A DNA stretch of 35,658 bases from an uncultured Bacteroidales bacterium (GCA_964611705.1 CAZTAW010000003.1:1-35658), one strand, 5' to 3'. Shown: positions 1-9,194, counted from the first letter of the stretch. Numbers and translations: made by a program. The notes: generated by a model not told the origin, from the sequence alone.

Positions 1-39
1 GGAATTAACCCTCGTCCGCCTCAGGCGGATTAAAACTTT

Positions 40-663
40 CTATTGATCCAGATACTTCCGGAATAATTCAAGATACATGCTAATATGCCAGGCATCCATT
101 AGTCCATGATGGACATCAATTGAAATGGGCATCATGGTTCTTCCGTTTTCCGTAAAAAGTTTTCCGAACGCTATTTTGGGTGATGAATCCTTGTTTTTAA
201 ACAAGGCCGGTTGTCGTACGGATGTAAACTTAATCCAGGGAATAGTTGTATAATGAATAATATTATCTTCCCCATCAGCATAAATAAGTCCCTTTTGTTT
301 TTGCACCCGTTTGATTTCCTGTAATGCTTCCTCATAATATTTGTTGAAATCATGATAAAAACGTATAAATGCAAACCCAAAGGTTTTATCCTCTCTAAAA
401 ATAGTCGGGCCTGCATGAACAACATCATACTGATAAACCTTATCATATTCTATTCTTAGCTTAAACCCGTCAACTTCATTTACAGCCCTGAGTGAGTGGT
501 AAAGATATGTGAGAAAAAACGATTTGTTAGCTGCTTTCGACTTTTTAAAACAATAACTACAATCAATATTTGTAGTTATCCCGAAAAAGGGATCATCAAG
601 TTTGTTAAAATGATCGAAATGATCTTTTCTTTTCCATGAATTCAAATTTATCTTTTTCTTCAT
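40..663 (-). CDS. CatA-like (type A chloramphenicol acetyltransferase family) O-acetyltransferase
   Basis: 207 aa; N-terminal W.RK.HF..F, IPWI.FTS, P.I.FGK and C-terminal VHHGLMDAWH (canonical HH...DG.H catalytic motif). Confidence 0.85.
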   Translation of the reverse strand: MKKKINLNSWKRKDHFDHFNKLDDPFFGITTNIDCSYCFKKSKAANKSFFLTYLYHSLRAVNEVDGFKLRIEYDKVYQYDVVHAGPTIFREDKTFGFAFIRFYHDFNKYYEEALQEIKRVQKQKGLIYADGEDNIIHYTTIPWIKFTSVRQPALFKNKDSSPKIAFGKLFTENGRTMMPISIDVHHGLMDAWHISMYLELFRKYLDQ

Positions 664-680
664 CTTTTCCGTAGATCAAA

Positions 681-1685
681 TTAGATTTTTGTTTGAAAAT
701 AATACCAGATAGAACTCAAAAAATTCCTTGATTTCTCCATATCACAAACCAGCGCTTTCCTGCTATATGATTGCAGCTTAAATTCATCATCTGTTTTCTT
801 TTCCAATCCTTCCAACTGATCCATGCAAACATAGCATCGTGTAATGATGGGCGTTAATTGATGGAGGTATTGTTTGATGTGTTTACTTTTATAATTGGTT
901 TTGTAGCACAAGTTAAAGGCTTCCTTACGCTGTTCATCGAATAGCTTTCTCAGGCCATTGATTTTACCGGCAGTTGATGCAAGCGTATTGATTTTTTGCT
1001 CACGGTCGTTGTAAATGTCAAAAATATCATTACCCAACTGGAACAATGCCCCGATATTAAACAAAGCCTCATATTCGCCTTCCTGCAGAGGATGTTCAAA
1101 AACACTTCTGAATAATAAAACACTGTACCCACCCTTTTCGAATGTAATACGCTTAATTTCTTTAAAAGAAATATCAGGGTTTTTTTGTTTTTTGCTTTCT
1201 ACCTGGCTTTCAAAAATCTTATCTGTCATCTCCCAGTGAAATTCCTTATTTACCGTATTTTTTAGAACTTCTTTGCGGTAGTTTACAAATATTTTATCAA
1301 TAAGAGTTTTGGCTTCGAATTGATCAGGATTTCTCGAAATTTTGATCACATCTTCCTGGCTCATACTGCGTTTGTCGAAAAAATCGTCATATATACCTGT
1401 AATCATTCCCAAACATGTAATAGCCCATCTTTCTTTTTCTGTCATCTTTTTTCCGCGTAAGGTGCAAAACGATTCCCCCAAAACAGAAGTGGTATAATTG
1501 CCGTAATATGTTGTAATTTTTCGAATATCTTCTGCATCAACAGTCCCGTCATTTTCTTGCTCAATTTCCCTGAACAATGGAATCAGCTTTTTATTTAGGT
1601 ATTTTTTCTGCCTTTTCAAATTCCTGAGCACAACATATGCCACAGCAGGAAATCGAAGAAAGTTGCTTATCAGGAATTTGTTCAT
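681..1685 (-). CDS. Class 1 isoprenoid synthase superfamily protein (terpene/prenyl synthase-like), function unknown
   Basis: 334 aa, probably helical; Asp-rich motif YDDFFD, a KGG motif and second motif QLGNDIFD at appropriate spacing. Confidence 0.65.
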   Translation of the reverse strand: MNKFLISNFLRFPAVAYVVLRNLKRQKKYLNKKLIPLFREIEQENDGTVDAEDIRKITTYYGNYTTSVLGESFCTLRGKKMTEKERWAITCLGMITGIYDDFFDKRSMSQEDVIKISRNPDQFEAKTLIDKIFVNYRKEVLKNTVNKEFHWEMTDKIFESQVESKKQKNPDISFKEIKRITFEKGGYSVLLFRSVFEHPLQEGEYEALFNIGALFQLGNDIFDIYNDREQKINTLASTAGKINGLRKLFDEQRKEAFNLCYKTNYKSKHIKQYLHQLTPIITRCYVCMDQLEGLEKKTDDEFKLQSYSRKALVCDMEKSRNFLSSIWYYFQTKI

Positions 1686-1711
1686 CGGGTTCAGTTCACT
1701 GGTTGACCCAA

Positions 1712-1719
1712 CAAAAATA
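1712..1719 (-). promoter_or_regulatory. Bacteroidota sigma-A -7 element (TATTTTTG)
   Basis: Matches TAnnTTTG, 26 bp upstream of the ATG at 1685. Confidence 0.5.
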
Positions 1720-1809
1720 CATATTTGTTATTAATTACTGCTTCGAACTTTTCAACATTAAATCCTAAACAATACTTTGATTGGGATTTAAGTTATTTTT
1801 TTCGAGGGA

Positions 1810-4179
1810 TTAAAAAGATAAGCTTATGCCACCCATCACATTAATACCGGCCTGGGGAAAATAGCCATCCATTTCGTAATACGCACCCTTATAGTAATAG
1901 CGATAAACCCATGCATAAGTTTCATATTCTATGTCAAACAGGTTATTAATCATCAGGTTCAGGCCGATCTCCCTGATAAAGTTGGTTTTAAAAGTGTAAT
2001 TGATTACCAAATCATTGATAAAATACGGATTCAGGCTTCGTGATTCGCTTGACGTATTATCAATATATTGCCTGCTCACATATTTGGAATTCAGTGAGAT
2101 TTCCAATCCTATTGCTGACTGGTAGTTTATCATGCTTCCCGCAACGATCTCAGGAGAAAAAGACAAATCAGTGGCACCGAGATGATTCTTCTTCTGCTCA
2201 TAGGGCGGGCTCCAGTTGTCAATAAATTCCGTGAAATCCCTGACTTTGTTCCTGCTAAAAGTCGCATTTACATCCCATTTCAGGAATTTAAAGATCTGAA
2301 CACCTGCCATAAGCTCAATGCCTGCGCGATAGCTGTCCGGGACATTTGTCATGATAGCTGCCCCAACATCATTGATCTCACCAGTCAGAACCAGTTGATC
2401 TTTATAATCCATAAAATACAAATTGGCTTCCAGTCCATAACGGGGATGGGTATATTTGTAACCTACTTCATAATCATATAGCCTTTCTGCTTTGGGTTGA
2501 TAACCTTCATCCGCATCACGGTAATTGCTCCGGTTGGGTTCGCGGTTGGCTACGGCAAAAGAAAAATATAAGCTCTGGTTTTTTGTCAGGTCAAACAATA
2601 ACCCGGCTTTGGGATTAAAAAAGTTAAAGGTATGATTCTGTGATATATCCCGGAGATCATCATGAATTCCATCAATTTTGTAATCTACATTACGATATTG
2701 CAGATCACCGTATATATTGATCTTATCCGTGATCTGATAATTCATCTTTCCGAAAATATTAAAATCGGTTTTAATACCGGTGTTGTCATACCATTGATAA
2801 TCCTTTTCCATGTTTGATGCATAAGCTGCCCAGATAACCTCACCAAAATGATCACCGTCAAAGCGGTTCCATGATCCTCCGATAATCAGGTTGGTTTTGT
2901 TTTTGTTATATTTGAGTGAATACGTTAACCCATAGTAATCATTTTTCAACCATTTTTGCCTGATCATATCCGTTGCAGTGATAAGGGTATCTCCGATCTC
3001 AACATCAGGCAATTGATAATCCACATAGGCCTGAGCTTCTTTATATTGCTCATAATATCCTTCTCCATGAATCAAAAACAATGATGTATTCAGATGCAGG
3101 TTTTTGTTGAACTGATAGGTGTAATGCAATTGGTAGTGATCCTGTTGATAGTTATCGGTTTCGTTTTCGTATGTATAAGGATTGTAAGTACGGTTGGTTT
3201 CAAGCGAATCTTTGGGAACTCCGCCCCATGCCTGGTAGGTTCTTTCCTTGCCCGAAAAAATAACTGCCTTCAACATACTTTTTTCACCATAATAGCCACC
3301 TGAAAAATAAAATGATTTCAAATCGGCAAAAGCCCTGTCAATATATCCATCCGAACTAATTTTGGAAAGTCTGCCATCAAAGCTCCATTTGCCCTTAATC
3401 AAACCGGTTCCAAAGGCAACATTATTTTTAAATGTGTTGAACGAACCGGCGTTGCTGTTAACAATCCCATACGGATCAGGCTGAAGCGTTGTTGTTTGTA
3501 TGTTAATGCTTCCTCCGAAAGCTGCCGCTCCGTTTGTAGATGTACCCACACCACGCTGGATTTGAATATTGTCAATTGAGGATGCTATATCAGGCATATC
3601 CACCCAGAAAACACCTTGAGATTCCGGGTCATTAAGCGGAATACCGTTAATGGTAACATTCAGTCTTGTGATATCCGAGCCTCTGATCCTGATCCCTGTA
3701 TAGCCTATGCCCGTGCCCGCATCAGAAGTAATTACCGTTGAAGGACTTTGATCAATCAGATAGGGCAAATCCTGACCCATGTTGATCTTTTCAATTTCTT
3801 CAAAATCAACATTCTCATAGGTTGTGGGTGATTTTTTATCTGCACGTATCGCTGTGATGATCACCTCATCGCCAATATAAGCTTTGGTTTCAAGGGTAAA
3901 GATAATGGTTGTGTCTTTGCTCAGGTGAATATTTTTCACCACCGTTTCATGCCCGATAAAAGACACCTTCATGGAATATTTCCCCTCCGGGATTCGTGTC
4001 AGTGAATATTCGCCATTATCATCGCTAACAGTTGACTTGTATGTTTTCTGCAGAATGATGTGTGCACCGGTAAGTGGCCGGTCTTCTTCATCCGTTACTT
4101 TTCCCCGTATACTAAACTGGGGAAATCCCATCATCGGGATCAAATTGGAAATTAAAAAACAGATAACAAATTTTTTCAT
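1810..4179 (-). CDS. TonB-dependent outer-membrane receptor, probably thiamine uptake
   Basis: Signal peptide, N-terminal carboxypeptidase-regulatory-like domain, plug motifs (IRIRG, NGIPLND, IQIQRG...GGSINI), beta-barrel ending in Phe; directly downstream of a TPP riboswitch. Confidence 0.9.
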   Translation of the reverse strand: MKKFVICFLISNLIPMMGFPQFSIRGKVTDEEDRPLTGAHIILQKTYKSTVSDDNGEYSLTRIPEGKYSMKVSFIGHETVVKNIHLSKDTTIIFTLETKAYIGDEVIITAIRADKKSPTTYENVDFEEIEKINMGQDLPYLIDQSPSTVITSDAGTGIGYTGIRIRGSDITRLNVTINGIPLNDPESQGVFWVDMPDIASSIDNIQIQRGVGTSTNGAAAFGGSINIQTTTLQPDPYGIVNSNAGSFNTFKNNVAFGTGLIKGKWSFDGRLSKISSDGYIDRAFADLKSFYFSGGYYGEKSMLKAVIFSGKERTYQAWGGVPKDSLETNRTYNPYTYENETDNYQQDHYQLHYTYQFNKNLHLNTSLFLIHGEGYYEQYKEAQAYVDYQLPDVEIGDTLITATDMIRQKWLKNDYYGLTYSLKYNKNKTNLIIGGSWNRFDGDHFGEVIWAAYASNMEKDYQWYDNTGIKTDFNIFGKMNYQITDKINIYGDLQYRNVDYKIDGIHDDLRDISQNHTFNFFNPKAGLLFDLTKNQSLYFSFAVANREPNRSNYRDADEGYQPKAERLYDYEVGYKYTHPRYGLEANLYFMDYKDQLVLTGEINDVGAAIMTNVPDSYRAGIELMAGVQIFKFLKWDVNATFSRNKVRDFTEFIDNWSPPYEQKKNHLGATDLSFSPEIVAGSMINYQSAIGLEISLNSKYVSRQYIDNTSSESRSLNPYFINDLVINYTFKTNFIREIGLNLMINNLFDIEYETYAWVYRYYYKGAYYEMDGYFPQAGINVMGGISLSF

Positions 4180-4249
4180 GGTCTTTTTATTTTAAAGATT
4201 AAACATCAAAAGACCAATAGAGGAATTTGTTGAAAGAACGTGACTCTTC

Positions 4250-4327
4250 GTGCTCCCTTCGCCGGCATTACCCGGATCAGGTTCGAAGGGTGTGATCTCA
4301 GCCCGTAATTTGGGGCACCCCTATTGG
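4250..4327 (-). ncRNA. TPP (thi-box) riboswitch aptamer
   Basis: Minus strand reads GGGGTGCC...GGCTGAGATCACACCCTTCGAACCTGATCCGGGTAATGCCGGCGAAGGGA, containing the conserved CTGAGA, ACCTGA and TAATGCC..CG.AGGGA elements. Confidence 0.95.
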
Positions 4328-4338
4328 ATTCATCGCTG

Positions 4339-4346
4339 CAAAGTTA
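4339..4346 (-). promoter_or_regulatory. -7 element (TAACTTTG) for the riboswitch/TonB receptor transcript
   Basis: TAnnTTTG about 12 bp upstream of the aptamer; overlaps the TAA stop of the upstream gene. Confidence 0.65.
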
Positions 4347-5018
4347 AGAAATTATTAAGGAAATGTCCAGCCTGTTGGGCTTATAATTAATATCCAGCAC
4401 ATACCTGCTCAGATCAAAAACCGGAACAAAACATCTGTCAATGATTTCAGAATCGGAAGAGCAAATGATACCGCTTTCTGCCAAAGTGATTAAAGAATCC
4501 GGTGAATCAGAAAGTATGACATTTCCATCGGGTTTATCATCTGATAGTTTTATTTTTATTAATTCGGTAAGCTTTGCTGAGCTACCGGGTTTTTCATCAG
4601 CATAAAAAGCAAAATTTAAAGGTTTTAGCTTTTTAAAAGCCTGAAAACACAAATCCAGGCTTCTGTGCAGATTTTTAATTCTGATCCTTTTGCCATGCAC
4701 TTCCGCTGCATCTCGAAGCAAGCCATCAGTAGAAATAAAAACCGCTTTTCCGTTGAAATAGCTAATAATAGTAAGCAAAACATTATAGCTATCTATGTGT
4801 AAAAACCCATCCCTGATTGCAGATGCAGAGATCAATTTCTTTCGTCTTGAAATTCTGTCTTTTTATTTTTGAACCCCCCTGTAGAGCACAGACCTTTCCA
4901 TACCTGATAAGCTGTAGCGATCACCAACAAACTTTTTAATTCCTTTTTCAGGATAATCTTTATTCAATAAATCATTGTAATCCCGAATCGCCTGTATAAA
5001 ATTTTCGCTTATTTTCAT
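4344..5018 (-). pseudogene. DUF434/DUF5616-like protein gene interrupted by an in-frame TAA (4863-4865)
   Basis: ATG at 5018 gives MKISENFIQAIRDYNDLLNKDYPEKGIKKFVGDRYSLSGMERSVLYRGVQK*KDRISRRKKL, in frame with the listed 4344..4835 ORF; resembles DUF434 (LL.+.YP......VG.RY.L....R..L.R) followed by an ID.YN-type domain. Confidence 0.7.
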
Positions 5019-5030
5019 ACCTGATATGCT

Positions 5031-5038
5031 TATTTTTG
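5031..5038 (+). promoter_or_regulatory. -7 element (TATTTTTG) for aroQ
   Basis: TAnnTTTG 7 bp before the ATG at 5046. Confidence 0.55.
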
Positions 5039-5045
5039 TAAAGTT

Positions 5046-5471
5046 ATGAAGATAATAATAATTAACGGACCCAACCTGAACCTGATCGGGCAGCGTGAAA
5101 AGGAAATATACGGCAATACTAGTTTTCAGGATTACTTTGAAGCACTTCGTTCAAAATTCCTGAGTATACGGCTTGATCATTATCAAACCAATATTGAAGG
5201 AGAGATCATTAACAAGATACAAGATGCAGCCGGGAAGTATGATGGCATTATATTGAATGCCGGGGGTTACACCCATACATCCGTTTCCATTGCAGATGCA
5301 GTCAGAGCCATAGCAATACCTGTTGTAGAGGCACACATCTCCAATATTTTTTCAAGGGAAGAATATCGGCATGTTTCTTTAATAGCCCCTTATTCAAAAG
5401 GAACGATTATTGGATTCGGACTTTTGTCTTATGAGCTTGCCATTGAATGCTTCTTAAAACAGGGAAGATAA
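5046..5471 (+). CDS. aroQ: Type II 3-dehydroquinate dehydratase
   Basis: INGPNLNL.G.RE..IYG, N.GGYTHTS, E.HISN...RE..RH.S motifs. Confidence 0.96.
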   Translation: MKIIIINGPNLNLIGQREKEIYGNTSFQDYFEALRSKFLSIRLDHYQTNIEGEIINKIQDAAGKYDGIILNAGGYTHTSVSIADAVRAIAIPVVEAHISNIFSREEYRHVSLIAPYSKGTIIGFGLLSYELAIECFLKQGR

Positions 5472-6491
5472 TTATTTCGAAAACTTCTTCTGATCCAGGT
5501 CTGAAAATTTAGTGATCTTTTTCAGATAATGGTCAAGGGCAATGTTGGAACGGTAAATACAGGACACATCAATATGCTTTTGTTTTCTGCGCTTTTTTTT
5601 CATTTTGCCGTAATTGCGCCAGAAACTGGCATGAGCTCTGAGCACAGCCAGAAAATCCCTGAAGCCTCCTTCAAGCAAAAACTTAAAAGATGCAGCAGCA
5701 TCCAGAAAATATCTGGTAATAAAAACCCGGATCAATCTTTTTGAAGGCAGGTTTTTGTATATCAGGTAGTTATTGTTCCGGAAATTCAGATATGTTTTAC
5801 GGCTTGAGCTTTTGGGCAATGTTCCGCCACCAACGTGATAAACAACTGATTCAGGACAAAATATAATCTTGTATCCCATGGTTTTGAGTCCCCAGCAAAA
5901 ATCAATCTCTTCCATATGCGCAAAGAAATCATTGTCGAGCCCCTCGAGTTGATGATACAAATCGGCCCTCACAAACATGCAGGCACCGGATGCCCAAAAA
6001 ATTTCCCTTGTATCATCATACTGACCCGTATCATTTTCCAGGTACTGAAAAATCCGGCCACGGCAAAAGGGATATCCGTATTTATCAATAAAGCCGCCGG
6101 AGGCTCCGGCATATTCAAATTTATCAGGTTCGTGGAATGAAAGTATTTTGGGTTGCACCGCGCCTATGCTCCTGTCCCAATCCATCATCCTGATCACAGG
6201 TTCTATCCAGTTTTCAGTTACCTGTATATCCGAATTCAATAAAACATAATACTCGGCTTTTATCTGCTTCAGGGCTTCGTTATATCCTTTTGAAAAACCA
6301 AAATTTCCGGCAAGTCTGATAATCCTGATTTCAGGAAATTCCTTTTCCATAAATGCAACCGAATCATCGGTGGATGCATTATCGGCAATGACCACATCAG
6401 CTATTCCTTTGCTATGTTTAACAACTTCAGGAAGAAATTTTTGCAGGAACTTTCTTCCATTCCAGTTTAATATGACGACTGCCGTTTTCAA
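5472..6491 (-). CDS. Glycosyltransferase family 2 (WbbL-like)
   Basis: VVILNWNG, DNASTDDS, LLNSD, WASGAC, HMEEID, VYHVGG motifs; TTG start. Confidence 0.9.
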   Translation of the reverse strand: MKTAVVILNWNGRKFLQKFLPEVVKHSKGIADVVIADNASTDDSVAFMEKEFPEIRIIRLAGNFGFSKGYNEALKQIKAEYYVLLNSDIQVTENWIEPVIRMMDWDRSIGAVQPKILSFHEPDKFEYAGASGGFIDKYGYPFCRGRIFQYLENDTGQYDDTREIFWASGACMFVRADLYHQLEGLDNDFFAHMEEIDFCWGLKTMGYKIIFCPESVVYHVGGGTLPKSSSRKTYLNFRNNNYLIYKNLPSKRLIRVFITRYFLDAAASFKFLLEGGFRDFLAVLRAHASFWRNYGKMKKKRRKQKHIDVSCIYRSNIALDHYLKKITKFSDLDQKKFSK

Positions 6492-6494
6492 ATT

Positions 6495-7373
6495 CTATTC
6501 TTCGCTTTCTTTTTTATGTTTCCACCTTCTGTGGGACCACAACCAGTTATCGGGGTGTTTTATAACAGCATCCTCAAGAAGGTGAACATATTTTTCAGTT
6601 ATTTCATATTCCTTTGTATTGTTGGGTTCTTCCGTGATCTTTTTAACAAACACATCGTAACACCCCCTGTTGGACCTTACAATATCAAAAAACAAAACAG
6701 CAAAATCCATATTTTTCGACATTTTTTCAAGGCCAAGGAAAAAAGGAGTTTCCTGGTTCAGGAAATTTGTCCAGTAATTGATCTCATCCCTTGTTGGTGT
6801 TTGATCCGAAGCAATGATCACGATATTTCGCTGTTTCCTGATCTTCAGCAATTGCCGGTATGTTTGTCTGAATTTGATCAGGTTATTATATCCTGATTTC
6901 GTGCGTAGCTTGTTCATATAGTCTTCAAAATAAGGTTCAGACAATGGTTTAACAATGGCAAAAGGTTTATGTTCGGAAATCATAGCTATTTTCAGTCCCA
7001 TCCACTCCCAGTTACCGCAATGTCCAATGGCTACAAAAATACTTTTGTTCTTTTCGTAAAGCTCCTCAATGATCTCGTAGTTATGAAATCTAACCCGTTT
7101 ATGCAGGGTTTTTGTCCTGATGCTTTTAATTTTCAAAACCTCCACTACCAGGTCGGCCAGGTTTTTGTAAAACCTGCGGGCAATTTGCCTGATCTCCTTC
7201 TCTGATTTTTCAGGAAAAGAATTTTGCAAATTGGCATAGGTTACTTTTTTCCGGTAACCGATCAAATAAAAAATGATCAGATAAAGCATATCCGAAAGCC
7301 TGTACAGTATAAAGAAAGGAAGCAGGGAAACAATCCAGGCAACAGCGCTAAAAATATAGTAGATCAAACGCAT
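6495..7373 (-). CDS. Lipid A biosynthesis acyltransferase (LpxL/HtrB family)
   Basis: GHCGNWE, SDQ.P, P..WLWSHRRWK motifs; N-terminal membrane anchor. Confidence 0.92.
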   Translation of the reverse strand: MRLIYYIFSAVAWIVSLLPFFILYRLSDMLYLIIFYLIGYRKKVTYANLQNSFPEKSEKEIRQIARRFYKNLADLVVEVLKIKSIRTKTLHKRVRFHNYEIIEELYEKNKSIFVAIGHCGNWEWMGLKIAMISEHKPFAIVKPLSEPYFEDYMNKLRTKSGYNNLIKFRQTYRQLLKIRKQRNIVIIASDQTPTRDEINYWTNFLNQETPFFLGLEKMSKNMDFAVLFFDIVRSNRGCYDVFVKKITEEPNNTKEYEITEKYVHLLEDAVIKHPDNWLWSHRRWKHKKESEE

Positions 7374-7403
7374 ATTCGGTTACTGCTTTATTTTGACGAA
7401 TTA

Positions 7404-7411
7404 CAAAAGTA
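7404..7411 (-). promoter_or_regulatory. -7 element (TACTTTTG) for the acyltransferase-GT2 pair
   Basis: TAnnTTTG 30 bp upstream of the ATG at 7373. Confidence 0.5.
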
Positions 7412-7472
7412 ATCCCATTATTTTGATTAATAATGGGATTCACCAAATTTATTAAATGAGCAAGTTAAAAGA

Positions 7473-8939
7473 TTATCTTGGATTACGGTAATAGTCTTCG
7501 GCTTTGTTGCCCCAGGCATCAGGCGGGCCTGTTGCGTCAACGCTTTGAGGATCGTAATCCCGGCGGTGCAACTCCACTCTCCACCTGTAATTCGAAAGCT
7601 CCCCGAGAGCATCCGAATGCAGTAGCATAAAATCGTTTGTAACCAGGTTGTAGGTATAAAAAACAAAACGCTTGTTCCGTTGGTGTTCGCCCAGCTTGTA
7701 ATAATGCCATATTTCATAGGGATAAGCACTTGGCTCATTATAGCTTTCGGTAACAATATTAGGCGGCCCATACTGCAAATGCACCCTACCCCTGTCGGTT
7801 TCGTAACCTCTCTTTACCTGCGTACTGTATGCTTTATCCACGATCTTGACTTCTTCAAGGTAATCTATCCAGGCCTGGGCAGGATTCAGGTTATTGCGTG
7901 TTCGCCAGAAATTCAGAAAAAACTGTTGCAGTGTGTTTAAATCGGATTTTTCTATCTGCTTAAAAATAAACTGTTTTTCAAACTCCGAGGCAATTGGCGT
8001 CAGGGTTTTGATATATTCCTTTAATGTATCGGCATTGTTAATCTTTCCGGCAAATGTATTGCTTACATCCAGCGCTGCAATATCGTCGAGATCAAATTGT
8101 ATGTCGGGATTACTACGTTGGAAAAACAATGAATTGCTGGTGATAAGCTTATTTTCCCTGTCTTTTACCTCAATAACCAGCTTGTAATTCCCCGAAGGAA
8201 GATTCGCGGTCTTAAACTGATTCAGAACGGGTGTAACTTCCTGTGCATTTAATCTTTTGCTCCGCTGATATCCTGAAATAATCTTTCCGGTTTCAAAGGA
8301 TTTGATATAATAGTTTACCAGGTATTTGCCATCTTCACCCAGCACTTTTTTTGCGTTGTATATTTCTGCATAAAAGATCAACTCCTTTTTGTCTTTCGGG
8401 AAGAAATTGGAAACGTACGGAACTAAATCGTAGCCGCTTTTGCTGAGAATATTTTCGGTTTTCGTTTTGGTGTAAGTCTCAACAAGCTCAACACCCGATA
8501 TCGCGATCTCATTGTCAGGATATTCGATTTTTATCATTTGATTATAACGGAAAGGCTTCTTGTCGCTGTATTTATCCGCAATTTCTATTTCAAACTCGTA
8601 TTCCCCGTCGGGAAGCCCGAAGCGCTGCTGGTCAATAAAACTTTGCCGGATATTTACTGTATCTTCTACAACCGGGCTGTTCAGCTCATATTTTGCAAAA
8701 TCCCTGATGGTATCGTTTTGCTTAAAAATCATGGTTATTTCAACAACACCCTGAAACTCCGTTTCATTGATTTTCTGATAAACAAGTGAATTGGCATTGA
8801 AGGATAAATAAGTTTCGATATAGGGTCCGTCCTGTGGAGAATAAAACGTAGTATACCAAAGGTAGGCATCCAATCGTTTTGCATCGGTATGCTGGAATAA
8901 AAACCCAATGAAAGCAATCAGTATAATAAATTTCTTCAT
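7473..8939 (-). CDS. GWxTD domain-containing exported protein
   Basis: Signal peptide; FW..R, GYETDRGRV.LQYGPP and PYEIW.Y motifs of the GWxTD domain. Confidence 0.85.
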   Translation of the reverse strand: MKKFIILIAFIGFLFQHTDAKRLDAYLWYTTFYSPQDGPYIETYLSFNANSLVYQKINETEFQGVVEITMIFKQNDTIRDFAKYELNSPVVEDTVNIRQSFIDQQRFGLPDGEYEFEIEIADKYSDKKPFRYNQMIKIEYPDNEIAISGVELVETYTKTKTENILSKSGYDLVPYVSNFFPKDKKELIFYAEIYNAKKVLGEDGKYLVNYYIKSFETGKIISGYQRSKRLNAQEVTPVLNQFKTANLPSGNYKLVIEVKDRENKLITSNSLFFQRSNPDIQFDLDDIAALDVSNTFAGKINNADTLKEYIKTLTPIASEFEKQFIFKQIEKSDLNTLQQFFLNFWRTRNNLNPAQAWIDYLEEVKIVDKAYSTQVKRGYETDRGRVHLQYGPPNIVTESYNEPSAYPYEIWHYYKLGEHQRNKRFVFYTYNLVTNDFMLLHSDALGELSNYRWRVELHRRDYDPQSVDATGPPDAWGNKAEDYYRNPR

Positions 8940-8980
8940 GGTTCAACTGTTTTAAAAACGCACTTTACAAACTAATTAAA

Positions 8981-8988
8981 CAAAGTTA
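8981..8988 (-). promoter_or_regulatory. -7 element (TAACTTTG) for the GWxTD gene
   Basis: TAnnTTTG 41 bp upstream of the ATG at 8939. Confidence 0.5.
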
Positions 8989-9095
8989 GGCCAAAATAGT
9001 TGCTTAGTCAAGGCATAATCAGTTATCGGTAAAGGGCAAAAAGGAAGTGGTTTTGAGAAAAGGGGTAAATTTTTTTTCAGGACAGAAAAAAGTTA

Positions 9096-9103
9096 TATTT
9101 TTG
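9096..9103 (+). promoter_or_regulatory. -7 element (TATTTTTG) for tRNA-Ser
   Basis: TAnnTTTG immediately 5' of the tRNA. Confidence 0.65.
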
Positions 9104-9107
9104 CAGC

Positions 9108-9194
9108 GGAGGAATGGCAGAGCGGTCGAATGCGGCGGTCTTGAAAACCGTTGTCCGCGCAAGCGGACCGGGGGTTCGAATCCCTCTTCCTCCG
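9108..9194 (+). tRNA. tRNA-Ser (anticodon TGA), CCA not encoded
   Basis: Acceptor stem GGAGGAA/TTCCTCC plus G discriminator, anticodon arm GCGGT-CTTGAAA-ACCGT, long variable arm GTCCGC-GCAA-GCGGAC, T-loop GGTTCGAATCC. Confidence 0.97.

Noticed and set aside
4863-4865. Stop-codon reassignment or programmed read-through
   Set aside because: TAA terminates many intact genes here; a single case fits mutation or sequencing error better.
5469-5474. Zero-gap convergent stop codons (also at 32335-32340)
   Set aside because: Common in compact genomes; no further signal.
9108-9194. tRNA containing TGA as a possible selenocysteine or suppressor tRNA
   Set aside because: Anticodon TGA reads UCA (Ser); tRNA-Sec would have anticodon TCA.
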